Source: Pseudomonadota bacterium (lineage in GTDB: Bacteria; Desulfobacterota; Desulfobacteria; Desulfobacterales; JBDRRP01). From it: a stretch of 61,433 nucleotides of DNA. The position numbers and the translations under genes are program-made. Position 1 is the first letter of the stretch, and each line of letters opens with the position of its first letter. This document shows positions 9,133-18,830 of the stretch, piece after piece. A model generated the notes under the pieces. It saw only the letters and a program-made list of their open reading frames with translations. It made no database searches and had not been told where the DNA came from. The stretch is from NCBI GenBank assembly GCA_043825735.1, contig JBDRRP010000068.1, positions 124,001 to 185,433 on the forward strand. Direction: 5' to 3'.

Positions 9133-12100
9133 CTATGCTGCAGAACTTTGTTTTTCAGATGCCTGCCCTGCATGGGTTAACGCGTCAATTTCTGCTAATA
9201 TCTCTGCATCCGTATAATGTTTGAGCGAAATTGCACCTGTCGGGCATACTGTATTGCACAGGCCGTCACCTTTACAAAGAACAGGGTTGATGGTGACTTT
9301 TTTGCCCTGTTTGGTATCTTTAAGGTTCAGAGCGCCATAATTACACACCTCGGCACACGCCCCACAGCCCATGCACATCTTTTCGTTAATCACACAGACA
9401 GACCCGGATGCTTTTACAATATCGTTGGATAGCAGCGTCAGCACCCTGCCCGCGGCACCATAGGCCTGATTGATTGTCTCTTGTATAAATTTAGGGTAAT
9501 GCGCCATGCCGCACAGATAAACACCATCAGTGGCAAAGTCGACCGGGCGCAGCTTTACATGAGCCTCTTTAAAATAACCGTCAGGGCTAAGGGTCACCTT
9601 GAACAGTCCGGCAATTTCTTTGGTCGACGCTGAGGGGATAACTGCAGCCGCCAATGAAAGGATATCAGTATCTATGGATACCTTCCGCTTTAAGGTCTGA
9701 TCCGTTACGGTGACTTTCAAAGATCCTTTGGCGGTTACCTCGACCACGGGTTTGTCATCCGGTGTATAGCGGATGAACCTTACCGACCTGCCTCGTGATT
9801 CTCTATAATAATCCTCATTGAATCCATATGTCCTGATGTCTCTATACAGAACATATATGTTGATTTTCGGATTCAACTTTTTCAACTCGAGTGCATTTTT
9901 CACGGATTCACTGCAACATACGCGGCTGCAGTAATTTCTGTCTTCGTTTCTGCACCCGACGCACTGAATCATTACCAGATTCTGAGCATTGAGCACCTTT
10001 TTATCTCTTTTGACTATCCCATCTTCCAATTCAAGATGGGTCATTACCTTCTCGTGCTGGCCATAGAGATATTCCGTCGGCGTGTATAGATCGGCGCCGG
10101 TAGCGAGAATCGCCGCACCATGTTTTATGTCAGTTTTACCCCTGTCGGATGTTACCGTCGTCACGAAGTTGCCAATGTAACCATCCGCCTGCATAATCGT
10201 TGCACTGTGGTATACGTGGATCAAGGGGTGCGCATATACTTTTCGGATCAAATCGCGCAGGAAAGCCTGAACATCCATGCCATCCAGAGTTGAGTGCACT
10301 TTTCGTGCGGTACCGCCGAGTTCTTGATCCTTTTCGATAAGATAGACTTCGTGCTTCTGGTTGGCCACGGAAAGCGCTGCCGTCATGCCCGCGATACCGC
10401 CACCAACGATCAGCGCCGCTTTGTTTACCGGCAGATCGTATTCCTGCAATGGCTCCAGCTGAGCGACCCTGGCAACCGACATCCTGATAATATCCTTAGC
10501 CTTATCCAGGGCATGTTCCTTTTCCTTCGAGTGCACCCAGGAATCGTGCTCTCTGATATTGGCCATTTCGAAATAGTATTGATTGATCCCGGCTTCACGA
10601 AGCGTATCTCTGAACAACGCTTCAAGCGTTCTCGGTGAGCACGCCGCCACCACGACCCGATTCAGCCCCTTTTCCTTTATCGTGTCCGTGATCTCTCTGG
10701 CAGAGTTCGTGGCGCAGGAGAAGATCTGCTGTTGGGAATGAACGACATATGGCAATGTCTTGCAGTATTCGACAGTATCGGGCACATTGATCACCCTGCT
10801 GATATTGGCGCCGCAGTGGCAGACAAAGACACCGATTCTCGGTTCCTCCTGGGATACATCCTTTTCTTCCGGATATGTTCTTTCCCTGGAAAGATGACCG
10901 CGTCGGTATTCCAGCAGCTCGCCAATCTGTGAGCCGGCACCACTGGCACTAAATACGGATTCCGGGATATCCAGCGGGCCTTGCAGCCCGCCGCTCACGA
11001 ATATCCCCGGTTTGGTGGTCTGCATCGGATTGGTGGGGTCTAACTTTGCAAAGGCGTGACTGCTGAGCTCGATGTCGAAGGTGTCCGCGATTTTTTGCAC
11101 ATTTGCAGGAGGCGTCAAACCCACGCTCAATACCACCATATCAAACGCTTCTTCGATTATGCCATCTTCAGGCGTCCAGTATGTAATGGTGACATTTTTG
11201 GTGCCGGGTATCTCCTTGCCGATCGTCACATAACTTTTGACAAATCGAACGTCTGGAAGATTTTCAGCCCTTTGATAGAAACGTTCAAAATCCTTTCCAA
11301 AGGAGCGAATATCGTTATGGAATATGACGCATTCCGCTTTAGCGTCATGCTCTTTCGTAAGAATCACCTGTTTCTGGATGTAGGTACAGCAAACACCGGA
11401 GCAATAACTGTTTCCACCTTCTGCCGCTAGTCTGGATCCAACGCATGAAATCCAGGCGATTTTGTGCGGATGTTTCAGATCTGATTTGCGTAGTATTTCA
11501 CCACCGTACGGCCCGGTGGCACACAGCAAACGCTCATAATCCATACTGGTAACGACGTTATCATATTGACCGTACCGGTATTCTGCTTTCAGCTTGGCAT
11601 CATATGGCTCTATACCCTGAGCAAGGATAATAGCGCCTACCTTTATTTCAATTTTCTCTGCTTGCTGCTTTAAATTAATCGCGTTGTTCTTGCATACATT
11701 TTCACAGATTTTACACTTTTTATCCTTCAGATACAGACAGCTTTCGTCAATATAGGCCACCAGGGGGATGGCCTGTGCGAAATAAATGTGAACCGCTTTA
11801 TTGAGCGAAATCTCCTGATTATATTGGTCCGGATACTTTACGGGACAATATTCAACACAAGTATTACACCCTGTGCACATCTCCTCATTGATGTATCTGG
11901 GTTTCTTGTTCAGCAGTACCGTGAAGTTGCCTGCCTCCCCCTCTACGGCTTTTACTTCCGTATAGGAAAGGACCTCAATGTTTGGATGCCGGCCGACCTC
12001 GACCAGTTTGGGCGCCAAAATTCACATGGAACAGTCGTTGGTCGGGAAGGTTTTGTCCAGTTGGGCCATGTGGCCGCCGATGCTCGGGGCCTTTTCCACC

Positions 12101-12252
12101 AAACAGACCTTGAAACCGGCGGTGGCAAGATCCAAGGACGCCTGAATGCCGCTGATCCCGCCGCCGACTACGAGTACATCGGCAAAATTGCGGTTTCCCA
12201 ATTGGTTGAGGCGTTGTTGTAAAACGGGTTCCGGAATCAGTTCGTTTCCCAC
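9133..12252 (-). CDS. hdrA: Selenocysteine-containing HdrA/BamE-like flavoprotein (about 1039 aa)
   Basis: ORFs 12022..12291 and 9133..12018 are in one frame joined by TGA at 12024-12022: [19 protein letters not shown]; two GGGI(S/A)G FAD motifs; ferredoxin motifs; GTG start after gaggtg. Confidence 0.9.
11989..12006 (-). promoter_or_regulatory. Candidate SECIS hairpin of hdrA
   Basis: CTGGTCG-AGGT-CGGCCGG 7-bp stem (with G-U pairs) beginning 16 nt after the TGA. Confidence 0.55.
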
Positions 12253-12478
12253 TTTTCGATCACCTCGTCTTTGGATAAAATGCCGCACCACGGATCAATC
12301 GGCCCCGAAGAAAGCCATTTTCCAGCCTGTCGGGGCGGGACGTAACATCGCATGGGCGGTGGTTCGGCCTGAAAATGGCGCCAAACGCCGGATCGGCCTT
12401 GCCGAGTGGAGCAAACCAGCGTTGACCTCGGGTCGCTGCGGCCCGGTGCCGCCGCTATCGCTCGCTCGGGGCCATGCA

Positions 12479-12542
12479 TGGCTACAAAAGAGCTATAAAA
12501 TGACTATGCCCTGGCTTTAGGGGTTTCCCCTGTATTTGTCAA
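12479..12542 (-). promoter_or_regulatory. hdrA promoter with 11-bp-period repeats
   Basis: TTGACA(12542-12537)-N17-TAAAGC(12519-12514); units tggctacaaaa/gagctataaaa/tgactatgccc/tggctttaggg from 12479. Confidence 0.55.
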
Positions 12543-12635
12543 GAAAAAATCAGTAGGAAAACGTGCCGGTTTGCCGGGCTGGGACTAAAAACCCACATGC
12601 GTTGCTGCCGCTCCGGCACCCAAGCGCTGGGACCT

Positions 12636-12717
12636 ACGAAGATTTTGAAGCACGAAGTGCACAAAGAAAAATTCAAAGACAAATGGGTTAGAACGCCTTT
12701 GTGTCCTTCGTGGTGAT
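12636..12717. repeat. Degenerate CACGAAG-type inverted nonamer pair
   Basis: gaagcacgaagtgcacaaag facing ctttgtgtccttcgtggtg. Confidence 0.6.
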
Positions 12718-12781
12718 AAAAATCATTGAGGGATATGAGGCGCAGGCACGGTCGATTGAATTTTGTGCATAAACAGCGTCA

Positions 12782-13219
12782 TCAATCCAGCCGCTTGATC
12801 AGGTTGATGAAGTTGGAGCGGTCAAATCCCAGGTGTTTGAAGTAGGAGAGAAGGTCCGTTGAGTCCCAGCGCACCGATGTGTATACGCTGGAGAGTCCCT
12901 GTGATTTTGCGAAACGGAAGAAGGCATCGGCGAGTTTTCCCCCGATCCCTTGCCCCATAAACTGCGGGGCGACACCCATCATTGACAGCCAGGCGCTGCT
13001 CTTGATGCCGAAGACCCCGAGAAGCACCGATCCGATCATGTAGCCGGCCACGCGGCCGTCGATTTCAGCAACAAAGCTGGCGTCATTGCTATTTTGGACC
13101 TGTTCCACCACAATTTTTTGAAAATCGGCTTCAGCGGGTTCTTGGGTGATGGCCACATAGATCGCATTGATGGCATCGGCATCTTCTATTTTCATTCGTC
13201 GTATCGATGGTGTTTGCAC
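12782..13219 (-). CDS. GNAT family N-acetyltransferase
   Basis: FVAEIDGRVAGY, MGVAPQFMGQGIG (acetyl-CoA motif A), YFKHLGF. Confidence 0.88.
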   Translation of the reverse strand: MQTPSIRRMKIEDADAINAIYVAITQEPAEADFQKIVVEQVQNSNDASFVAEIDGRVAGYMIGSVLLGVFGIKSSAWLSMMGVAPQFMGQGIGGKLADAFFRFAKSQGLSSVYTSVRWDSTDLLSYFKHLGFDRSNFINLIKRLD

Positions 13220-13242
13220 GAAAATATTCCTTACCGGTTTGG

Positions 13243-13425
13243 TTAATCGATGCGGATGATTTTGACGTTGTGTCCGACCCAGTTGGGTGGCAGGTAGACT
13301 CTGCCGCTGTTCCCGCTTGATTTGACTTTCTTCTCAAGCATTTCTTCGCCGTAGACCTCAAACTTGACCCGTTGAGGTGCATTTTCGACGGTAGCTTCTC
13401 TTTTCAGGTTTTTTTCATCGGACAT
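13243..13425 (-). CDS. DUF2080 family small protein (AbrB-like swapped-hairpin pattern), 60 aa
   Basis: KFEVYGEEMLEKKVKSSGNSGRVYLPPNWVGHNVKIIRID. Confidence 0.8.
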   Translation of the reverse strand: MSDEKNLKREATVENAPQRVKFEVYGEEMLEKKVKSSGNSGRVYLPPNWVGHNVKIIRID

Positions 13426-13654
13426 GATTTTCAACCTTTTTGCTATCTCAGGTTTCGAGTGGGGTAAATCCCCGCCGGCGAGCCGGTAAAAAGGCATATG
13501 TGAGGGCACCGGCATGGCCATATATAGGAAAAGTCTTTGGGCTGCCGGATGCAAACAGGGGCTGTTGATCCCTCAGCTTTGGCGATTTCCCTGGCGCGCC
13601 CAAGCGGTTGAAAATTTGGAGGTTCAATATAAGCCGCGGTAATTATTTGAAATC

Positions 13655-13724
13655 AAGATAGCACCGGTGGCCAAACGGGTCAAGGGGTTTTTAGCTGTTT
13701 ATTAGCTGTTACATAGCTTCTGGA
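13655..13724 (-). promoter_or_regulatory. DUF2080-GNAT promoter with three TAGCT repeats upstream of -35
   Basis: TTGACC(13683-13678)-N17-TATCTT(13660-13655); TAGCT at 13692, 13703, 13714. Confidence 0.6.
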
Positions 13725-13981
13725 AGATTGCTATTATGCGAACCATAAAAAATGCACGGTATTGCCGCATCCTTCAGGCATCACGTTGCTTCATCACGGC
13801 TGCAGTGTTATGGAACCCGGTGCGGTGCGTCAATCTGCAGGGGATGTCGTTCAGGTAGAACAAATTATATAATGCGGTTCTCTTTCAAGCACCAGTTGTC
13901 CGGTGGCCCGGTCCATCGGCGCCCGGACACGCGGCATGAATGACCCTGCCCGCCAAGGGCGCCCCGTGGTTGACGGGTGTT

Positions 13982-14090
13982 ATCGGGATCGAAATCGCAA
14001 TCGGCGGTTGCCGTTGCCACGGTGGCGGCAAATGGCGGATCAGGGACAAAATAATTGCCAACACCAACACCCGATACCGATAGCGATTTC
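13982..14090. repeat. Inverted ATCG hexamer-period repeat pair
   Basis: atcgggatcgaaatcgcaatcgg facing ccgataccgatagcgatttc; same type at 46457-46621. Confidence 0.7.
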
Positions 14091-14177
14091 TAGGAACGGC
14101 GCGTTTTGCGGCAACATAGGGTTGCTGGAGCTTCATAGAGAAGCGTATTATATAATACTGCGCCCGAGTTTAGGACC

Positions 14178-14684
14178 ATGGTTCGTATTGTCAGACCCAC
14201 CATCATCGATGTGGAGGCATCCGGTTTCGGTCCCGGCGGCTATCCCATCGAGATCGGCCTGGCCCTCTCCGACGGGGCTCGGTTTTCCTGCCTGATCCTT
14301 CCCTTGCCGGAATGGGAGTTCTGGGACCCTGAAGCTGAAAAAGTCCATCACTTGAGCCGGGACATCCTCAACCGGCATGGCAAACCGGCTGCCGCCGTCG
14401 CTGCCAAACTCAACATGCTCCTGGAAGAGCGGACTGTTTACAGTGACGGGTGGGTTGTCGACAAACCGTGGGTGGATCTTCTCTACTACGCGGCCGGGGT
14501 GCGTCTGCGCTATACCGTCAGTCCGTTGGAAAGGATTTTAACTGAGCCTCAGATGGCCCTCTGGCACCACACCCAGCAGCAGGTCATTGGAGAGTTGAAT
14601 CTTCAGCGGCATCGCGCCAGCACCGATGCAATGATCATCCAGGAAACCTACCAACGGACTCTTGCGGCCTGTTCGGCTGAGTAA
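14178..14684 (+). CDS. DEDDh-type 3'-5' exonuclease family protein
   Basis: IIDVEASG..YPIEIG and HRASTDA motifs. Confidence 0.75.
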   Translation: MVRIVRPTIIDVEASGFGPGGYPIEIGLALSDGARFSCLILPLPEWEFWDPEAEKVHHLSRDILNRHGKPAAAVAAKLNMLLEERTVYSDGWVVDKPWVDLLYYAAGVRLRYTVSPLERILTEPQMALWHHTQQQVIGELNLQRHRASTDAMIIQETYQRTLAACSAE

Positions 14685-14806
14685 ATTCCGCCAGCCTATC
14701 CTTGCTGTTGAAGCATATAATAGCAGCTTCTTTCCCCTCAACAAGCATCCGGTGTTACGGTGTGATTCAAGCCCGGATGATTCGGTGGCCCGAAGAGAGG
14801 CCGTTT

Positions 14807-15334
14807 TTATTCGGCCATTTTGAATGCCTTGAACAGGGTGCCGTGCTGGACCATCCCGGCACCGTGCGCCGCGGCGTCGAAGATGTCCCGGTCGGTCCAG
14901 CCCAGCTCACGCAGGGCGTCGACATCCGCCTGAGTGGTGGCCTCGGGGGTGCCCACCGCCTTGAGGACAAACAGCAGCATGGCCCGGTCCCGTTCTTCCA
15001 GGGGGGCCTTGGCCGGATCGGTCAGCATGGCGTCCATCTGCTTCTCGGTCACGCCGGCAAACATCTGCAGGATGCCGCCGTTAAATTCCACGCAGTAAGG
15101 GTAGTTGAACTGTCGTGCCACCAGCATGCGAATGTGGGCGAGTAGCACAAAGCTAAGGGTGGGGTGCTGCATAAAGTAGTCCATGGTGCCCATCTGCAGG
15201 CCAATGAGATCGGGGCTTGCGCTGAGCATCTGAAACGGCTTGGGGATGGTGCCGGCCCGTTTCATCACGATGTCATAGACTTCCTTGACCTTGCCCACGG
15301 CCTTGTCCGGTGCGACGGTTTCAATGATCGGCAT
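14807..15334 (-). CDS. AhpD/carboxymuconolactone decarboxylase-like protein
   Basis: APDKAVGKVKEVY, YPYCVEFN, DVDALRELGWTDRDIFDA. Confidence 0.75.
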   Translation of the reverse strand: MPIIETVAPDKAVGKVKEVYDIVMKRAGTIPKPFQMLSASPDLIGLQMGTMDYFMQHPTLSFVLLAHIRMLVARQFNYPYCVEFNGGILQMFAGVTEKQMDAMLTDPAKAPLEERDRAMLLFVLKAVGTPEATTQADVDALRELGWTDRDIFDAAAHGAGMVQHGTLFKAFKMAE

Positions 15335-15732
15335 GATGCCTCCTTTTAACCATACTATTGGGTTATTCGGTTGTATCAGACCCCAAAGAGCGGGTCTTTT
15401 ACGCCACCATTTTTTCCTTGCCGGGTCAATTGGTTTTTATCCAACTTGCCATCGGAGGCAGGTGCACTGAAGCGGGCGACTGCCCTGGTGTGCTTCTCAC
15501 ACTTGCCTTTCGCGCTCGGTTCTGCCACTTTCCAACTGTGTGGTGTTTTGTGCCGCTGGCAGGCGTGTTCAGAAAATACCGTGCCGTGAGAGGTGAACCC
15601 TACCATGGCCGACCGAAAAACCTGACGACAATCGGCGGGCTGTGCCGCTTGGCAGAGGGCCCAAGCCAGGGCTTAAAGAACCCTGTCGCTCACGGATTCG
15701 GTCCAGCGATGGTTGAAACAAGAGAGAGGGCC

Positions 15733-16335
15733 ATGAAAAAGGCAGTGATCGGATTTGGCGGCAGCCCGAGAAAGGGCGGCAATTCTGACGTGCTGTTGAA
15801 AACCATCCTGGCGGCAGCGGCCGATCGGGGGGCGCTCACCCGGCATGTCCACCTGCGCGATTATCAGTTTCAGCCCTGCATCGGCTGCGAGGGGTGCCGA
15901 AAGGCCAAGACCTGCGTCGGTCTCAACGACGGTATGCAGCTGCTCTACCCGCGCCTTGTGGAATCGAGAGGGCTCGTTCTGGTGAGCCCCACCCATCATT
16001 ACAATATCACGGCGTGGATGAAGGCCTTCATCGACCGTCTTTACTGCTTCTATGATTTCGAGGATTCGATTCCCCGGGCATGGCGCAGCCGGCTTGCCGG
16101 ACAAGGACGAAAGGCAGCCATTGCGGCCGTTTGCGAGCAGGAGGACGCCGCGGACATGGGATTTACCCTGGATGCCATGCGCCTTCCCCTGGAGGCGCTG
16201 GGCTACGAAGTGGTGGACACGCTGACGGTGCTCAGGATCTTTCATCGCGGCAAGGTGGTCGACGACCCCGTGGCCATGGCCGGCGCCGCCGCGCTGGGCA
16301 TCACCCTGGCAGACGCGCTGGCCGCCTCCGGGTGA
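15733..16335 (+). CDS. Iron-sulfur flavoprotein / NADPH-dependent FMN reductase family
   Basis: GSPRKGGNS, PCIGCEGC-x5-C, MKAFIDR; RBS gagagg. Confidence 0.88.
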   Translation: MKKAVIGFGGSPRKGGNSDVLLKTILAAAADRGALTRHVHLRDYQFQPCIGCEGCRKAKTCVGLNDGMQLLYPRLVESRGLVLVSPTHHYNITAWMKAFIDRLYCFYDFEDSIPRAWRSRLAGQGRKAAIAAVCEQEDAADMGFTLDAMRLPLEALGYEVVDTLTVLRIFHRGKVVDDPVAMAGAAALGITLADALAASG

Positions 16336-16502
16336 CGGGTGCCCGTTCGCGTTATTTGAACGACGCCGACGGGAAGGCATCGCCATGAATGTGGGCGCCC
16401 GTCAACAGTGCTTCAGGCCATCACCCTAAAATTGTTATTGTCTGGAACGAACCGGCATGTTTTATTCCTGCACCAAACATCAAAAACCAAGGATCATTCT
16501 CA

Positions 16503-17195
16503 ATGAAAAACTGGTTCCATCTGCTGCTGCTGCTGCTGGCGGCGGCCCTCTTTGCCGGATGCGCCGGGACTCAGAAGAAAATACCCCAGCAACTGCCTGG
16601 TGAATCGTTGCAGGCAACGGTCTTTCGCTGCCCGGACGGTTTTCAGTTCACTGTTCACTGGTCCGGGGACGGCGCGCGCGCCGATGTGGTGCTGCCCAAC
16701 GCCACGGCGTTTCTCAAGCGAGACATTTCCGGCTCCGGCGCCCGGTACACCGCATCGAAAATGGAGCTCTGGAACACCGGTGACGAGGCCTACCTCAAGC
16801 TTTATGAGCGTGAGTACCGCGGCTGCCGGGAGGACCGGTGGCCGTCTGTGGTGATGGACGCCCGCTACCGGGGAGTGGCTTTTCGCGGCTCCGGCAACGA
16901 GCCGCCCTGGGTTTTTGAAATGGGCCGGGAAATGATGGTGATGATCACCGGCTATGAGCGAGAGACCACCGTTTTTCCGATTTCAAGTGCGCCGGCGGGC
17001 CCCAGCGAAAAGCAGCCGGCCCCGGATATCCGCAAGGATGCGGTCTCTGGTGAGCACCGGATCCGGGTGGCGGCAAGCCCTGCCGACTGCCGGGACGCCA
17101 TGAGCGGCGCGGCCTTTCCCTACCGGGTGCGAATCGAGTCGGAAAAAGGCATTTTCCGCGGTTGCGGCGGGTGGTTGCCGCCGCCCCCGGAGTGA
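16503..17195 (+). CDS. Lipoprotein with MliC-like domain and C-terminal COG3650-like domain
   Basis: Lipobox LFAGC; SGSGARY..LWNTG; GNEPPW..CRDAMSG..FRGCG. Confidence 0.78.
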   Translation: MKNWFHLLLLLLAAALFAGCAGTQKKIPQQLPGESLQATVFRCPDGFQFTVHWSGDGARADVVLPNATAFLKRDISGSGARYTASKMELWNTGDEAYLKLYEREYRGCREDRWPSVVMDARYRGVAFRGSGNEPPWVFEMGREMMVMITGYERETTVFPISSAPAGPSEKQPAPDIRKDAVSGEHRIRVAASPADCRDAMSGAAFPYRVRIESEKGIFRGCGGWLPPPPE

Positions 17196-17215
17196 GGATA
17201 AAACGATTGTTTGAA

Positions 17216-17300
17216 ACCACGAAGTACACGAAGATCACGAAGAAAAAAAAAGTTATAAAACTCAGCAGCGTTCTTCGTGGCCTTCGTGTACTTCGTGGTT
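17216..17300. repeat. Inverted pair of triple nonamers (CACGAAG type)
   Basis: accacgaagtacacgaagatcacgaag facing cttcgtggccttcgtgtacttcgtggtt. Confidence 0.85.
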
Positions 17301-17324
17301 CAACTTTTTTGGGAGGGTTTCCAC

Positions 17325-18830
17325 GTGTCCGACTTTGATGCTATCGTCGTGGGGGCCGGCAACGGCGGCCTCACTGCGGCCCTCACCCTGGCGGGGCAGG
17401 GCGCTCGCACCCTGCTGCTGGAGCGGCACAACATCCCCGGCGGGTGCGCCACGAGTTTTTGCCGGGGGCGCTTTGAGTTCGAGGTGGCCCTTCACCAGCT
17501 CAGCGGCATGGGCACCGATGCCATGCCGGGTCCCTTGAGAGAACTGTTCAAGCGGTTGGGGGTGATAGACCGACTCCAGTTCGTCCAGATGGAAAACCTT
17601 TACCGGGTGGTGGTGCCCGGCGCGCTGGATCTCCTTCTCAAGGCGGACCGCGCGGCGGCGGTCACCGCACTCAAGACCCAGTTTCCGAAAGAAGCTGACG
17701 GCATCTCCCGGTTTTTCGACTTGGTCTATGCCTTCTGTACCGAAATGGTGGGGGCGTTTTACTTCAGGGACCCGGAGGCCTCGCGGGAAAAATACCCCAC
17801 TTTCTGCCGCTATGCTCTGGTCCCGGCACAGCAGGTGCTGGATGCCCATTTCACGGATCCACTGCTGAAAACCGCGGTGGCCATCTACTGGTCCTACATG
17901 GGGCTGCCCCCCAGCCGGCTGACCTTTTTTGACTTGGCCGTGGTGCTCTGGGCCTATATCGAATTCAAGCCCTTTCACATCAAGGGCGGCTCCCAGGCGC
18001 TCTCCAATGCCCTGCTGAGCGCCTTTCATGAGGCTGGCGGCACGGCCCGCTTCAACTGCCCCGTGGAGAAGGTCGTCGTCGCCGACGGCCGTACCCGCGG
18101 CGTTGTGCTCAAGGGCGGGGAAGAAGTGAGCGCCCGGTGCGTGGTCTCCAATGCCGGAACCCTGGCCACGTACCGGGACCTCATGGACCCCGGTGTCGTG
18201 CCCGAAGCGGTGTTCCGGCAGTTGGGGGCCGGTTCCGTGGGAACCTCGGCGATTACCTGCTATCTGGGTCTCGACGCCCAGCCGGCCGATCTGGGCATCC
18301 GCACAGCCACAAACTTTATCACCACCACCACTGACATGGACCGCATTTACGGCACCATGAAACGTCTCGCGGCACCCGAGGCCATGCTGTTTACCTGTTA
18401 CGACGTGGATGATCCCGGTTTTTCACCCAAGGGTGCCTGCCAGGCCGCCCTGGTGGGGCTCCAATACGCCGATCCATGGCTGGGTGTGCCGCCGGCCCAG
18501 TATGCCGACACCAAATACCGCCTGGCCGAAGAGATGATCCGAACGGCCGAGGCGGTGGTACCCGGGATCCGCGACGCCATTGAGGAGATGGAGATCGCCA
18601 CCCCCATCACCCACATGCGCTACCTGGGTCACCCCGGCGGCGCCATCTACGGCACGGACCCATTTGCAAAGGATTCCCGGTTTTTCACCAATCCCAAGGC
18701 GCCCGTCACCGGGCTGTATTTCTGCGGTGCCTGGGCGGGCTCCGGCGGGTTTCAGCCGACCCTGGAAAGCGGTGTGTCGGCAGCCTGGGCAGCCGTCAAG
18801 GCGCTCAACGCGCCGGGAGGTCTCTTATGA
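17325..18830 (+). CDS. Phytoene desaturase/retinol saturase-like FAD oxidoreductase
   Basis: DAIVVGAGNGG, ERHNIPGGCATSF, ATPITHMRY..GGAIYG, GLYFCG; GTG after ggagg. Confidence 0.85.
   Translation: MSDFDAIVVGAGNGGLTAALTLAGQGARTLLLERHNIPGGCATSFCRGRFEFEVALHQLSGMGTDAMPGPLRELFKRLGVIDRLQFVQMENLYRVVVPGALDLLLKADRAAAVTALKTQFPKEADGISRFFDLVYAFCTEMVGAFYFRDPEASREKYPTFCRYALVPAQQVLDAHFTDPLLKTAVAIYWSYMGLPPSRLTFFDLAVVLWAYIEFKPFHIKGGSQALSNALLSAFHEAGGTARFNCPVEKVVVADGRTRGVVLKGGEEVSARCVVSNAGTLATYRDLMDPGVVPEAVFRQLGAGSVGTSAITCYLGLDAQPADLGIRTATNFITTTTDMDRIYGTMKRLAAPEAMLFTCYDVDDPGFSPKGACQAALVGLQYADPWLGVPPAQYADTKYRLAEEMIRTAEAVVPGIRDAIEEMEIATPITHMRYLGHPGGAIYGTDPFAKDSRFFTNPKAPVTGLYFCGAWAGSGGFQPTLESGVSAAWAAVKALNAPGGLL

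Noticed and set aside
8241..12291. hdrA and mvhD as broken pseudogenes
   Set aside because: Each break is a single in-frame TGA at a conserved Cys position with a downstream hairpin; selenocysteine explains both
13243..13425. DUF2080 as evidence of a transposon
   Set aside because: The family label mentions transposases, but no transposase, terminal repeats or target duplication are present
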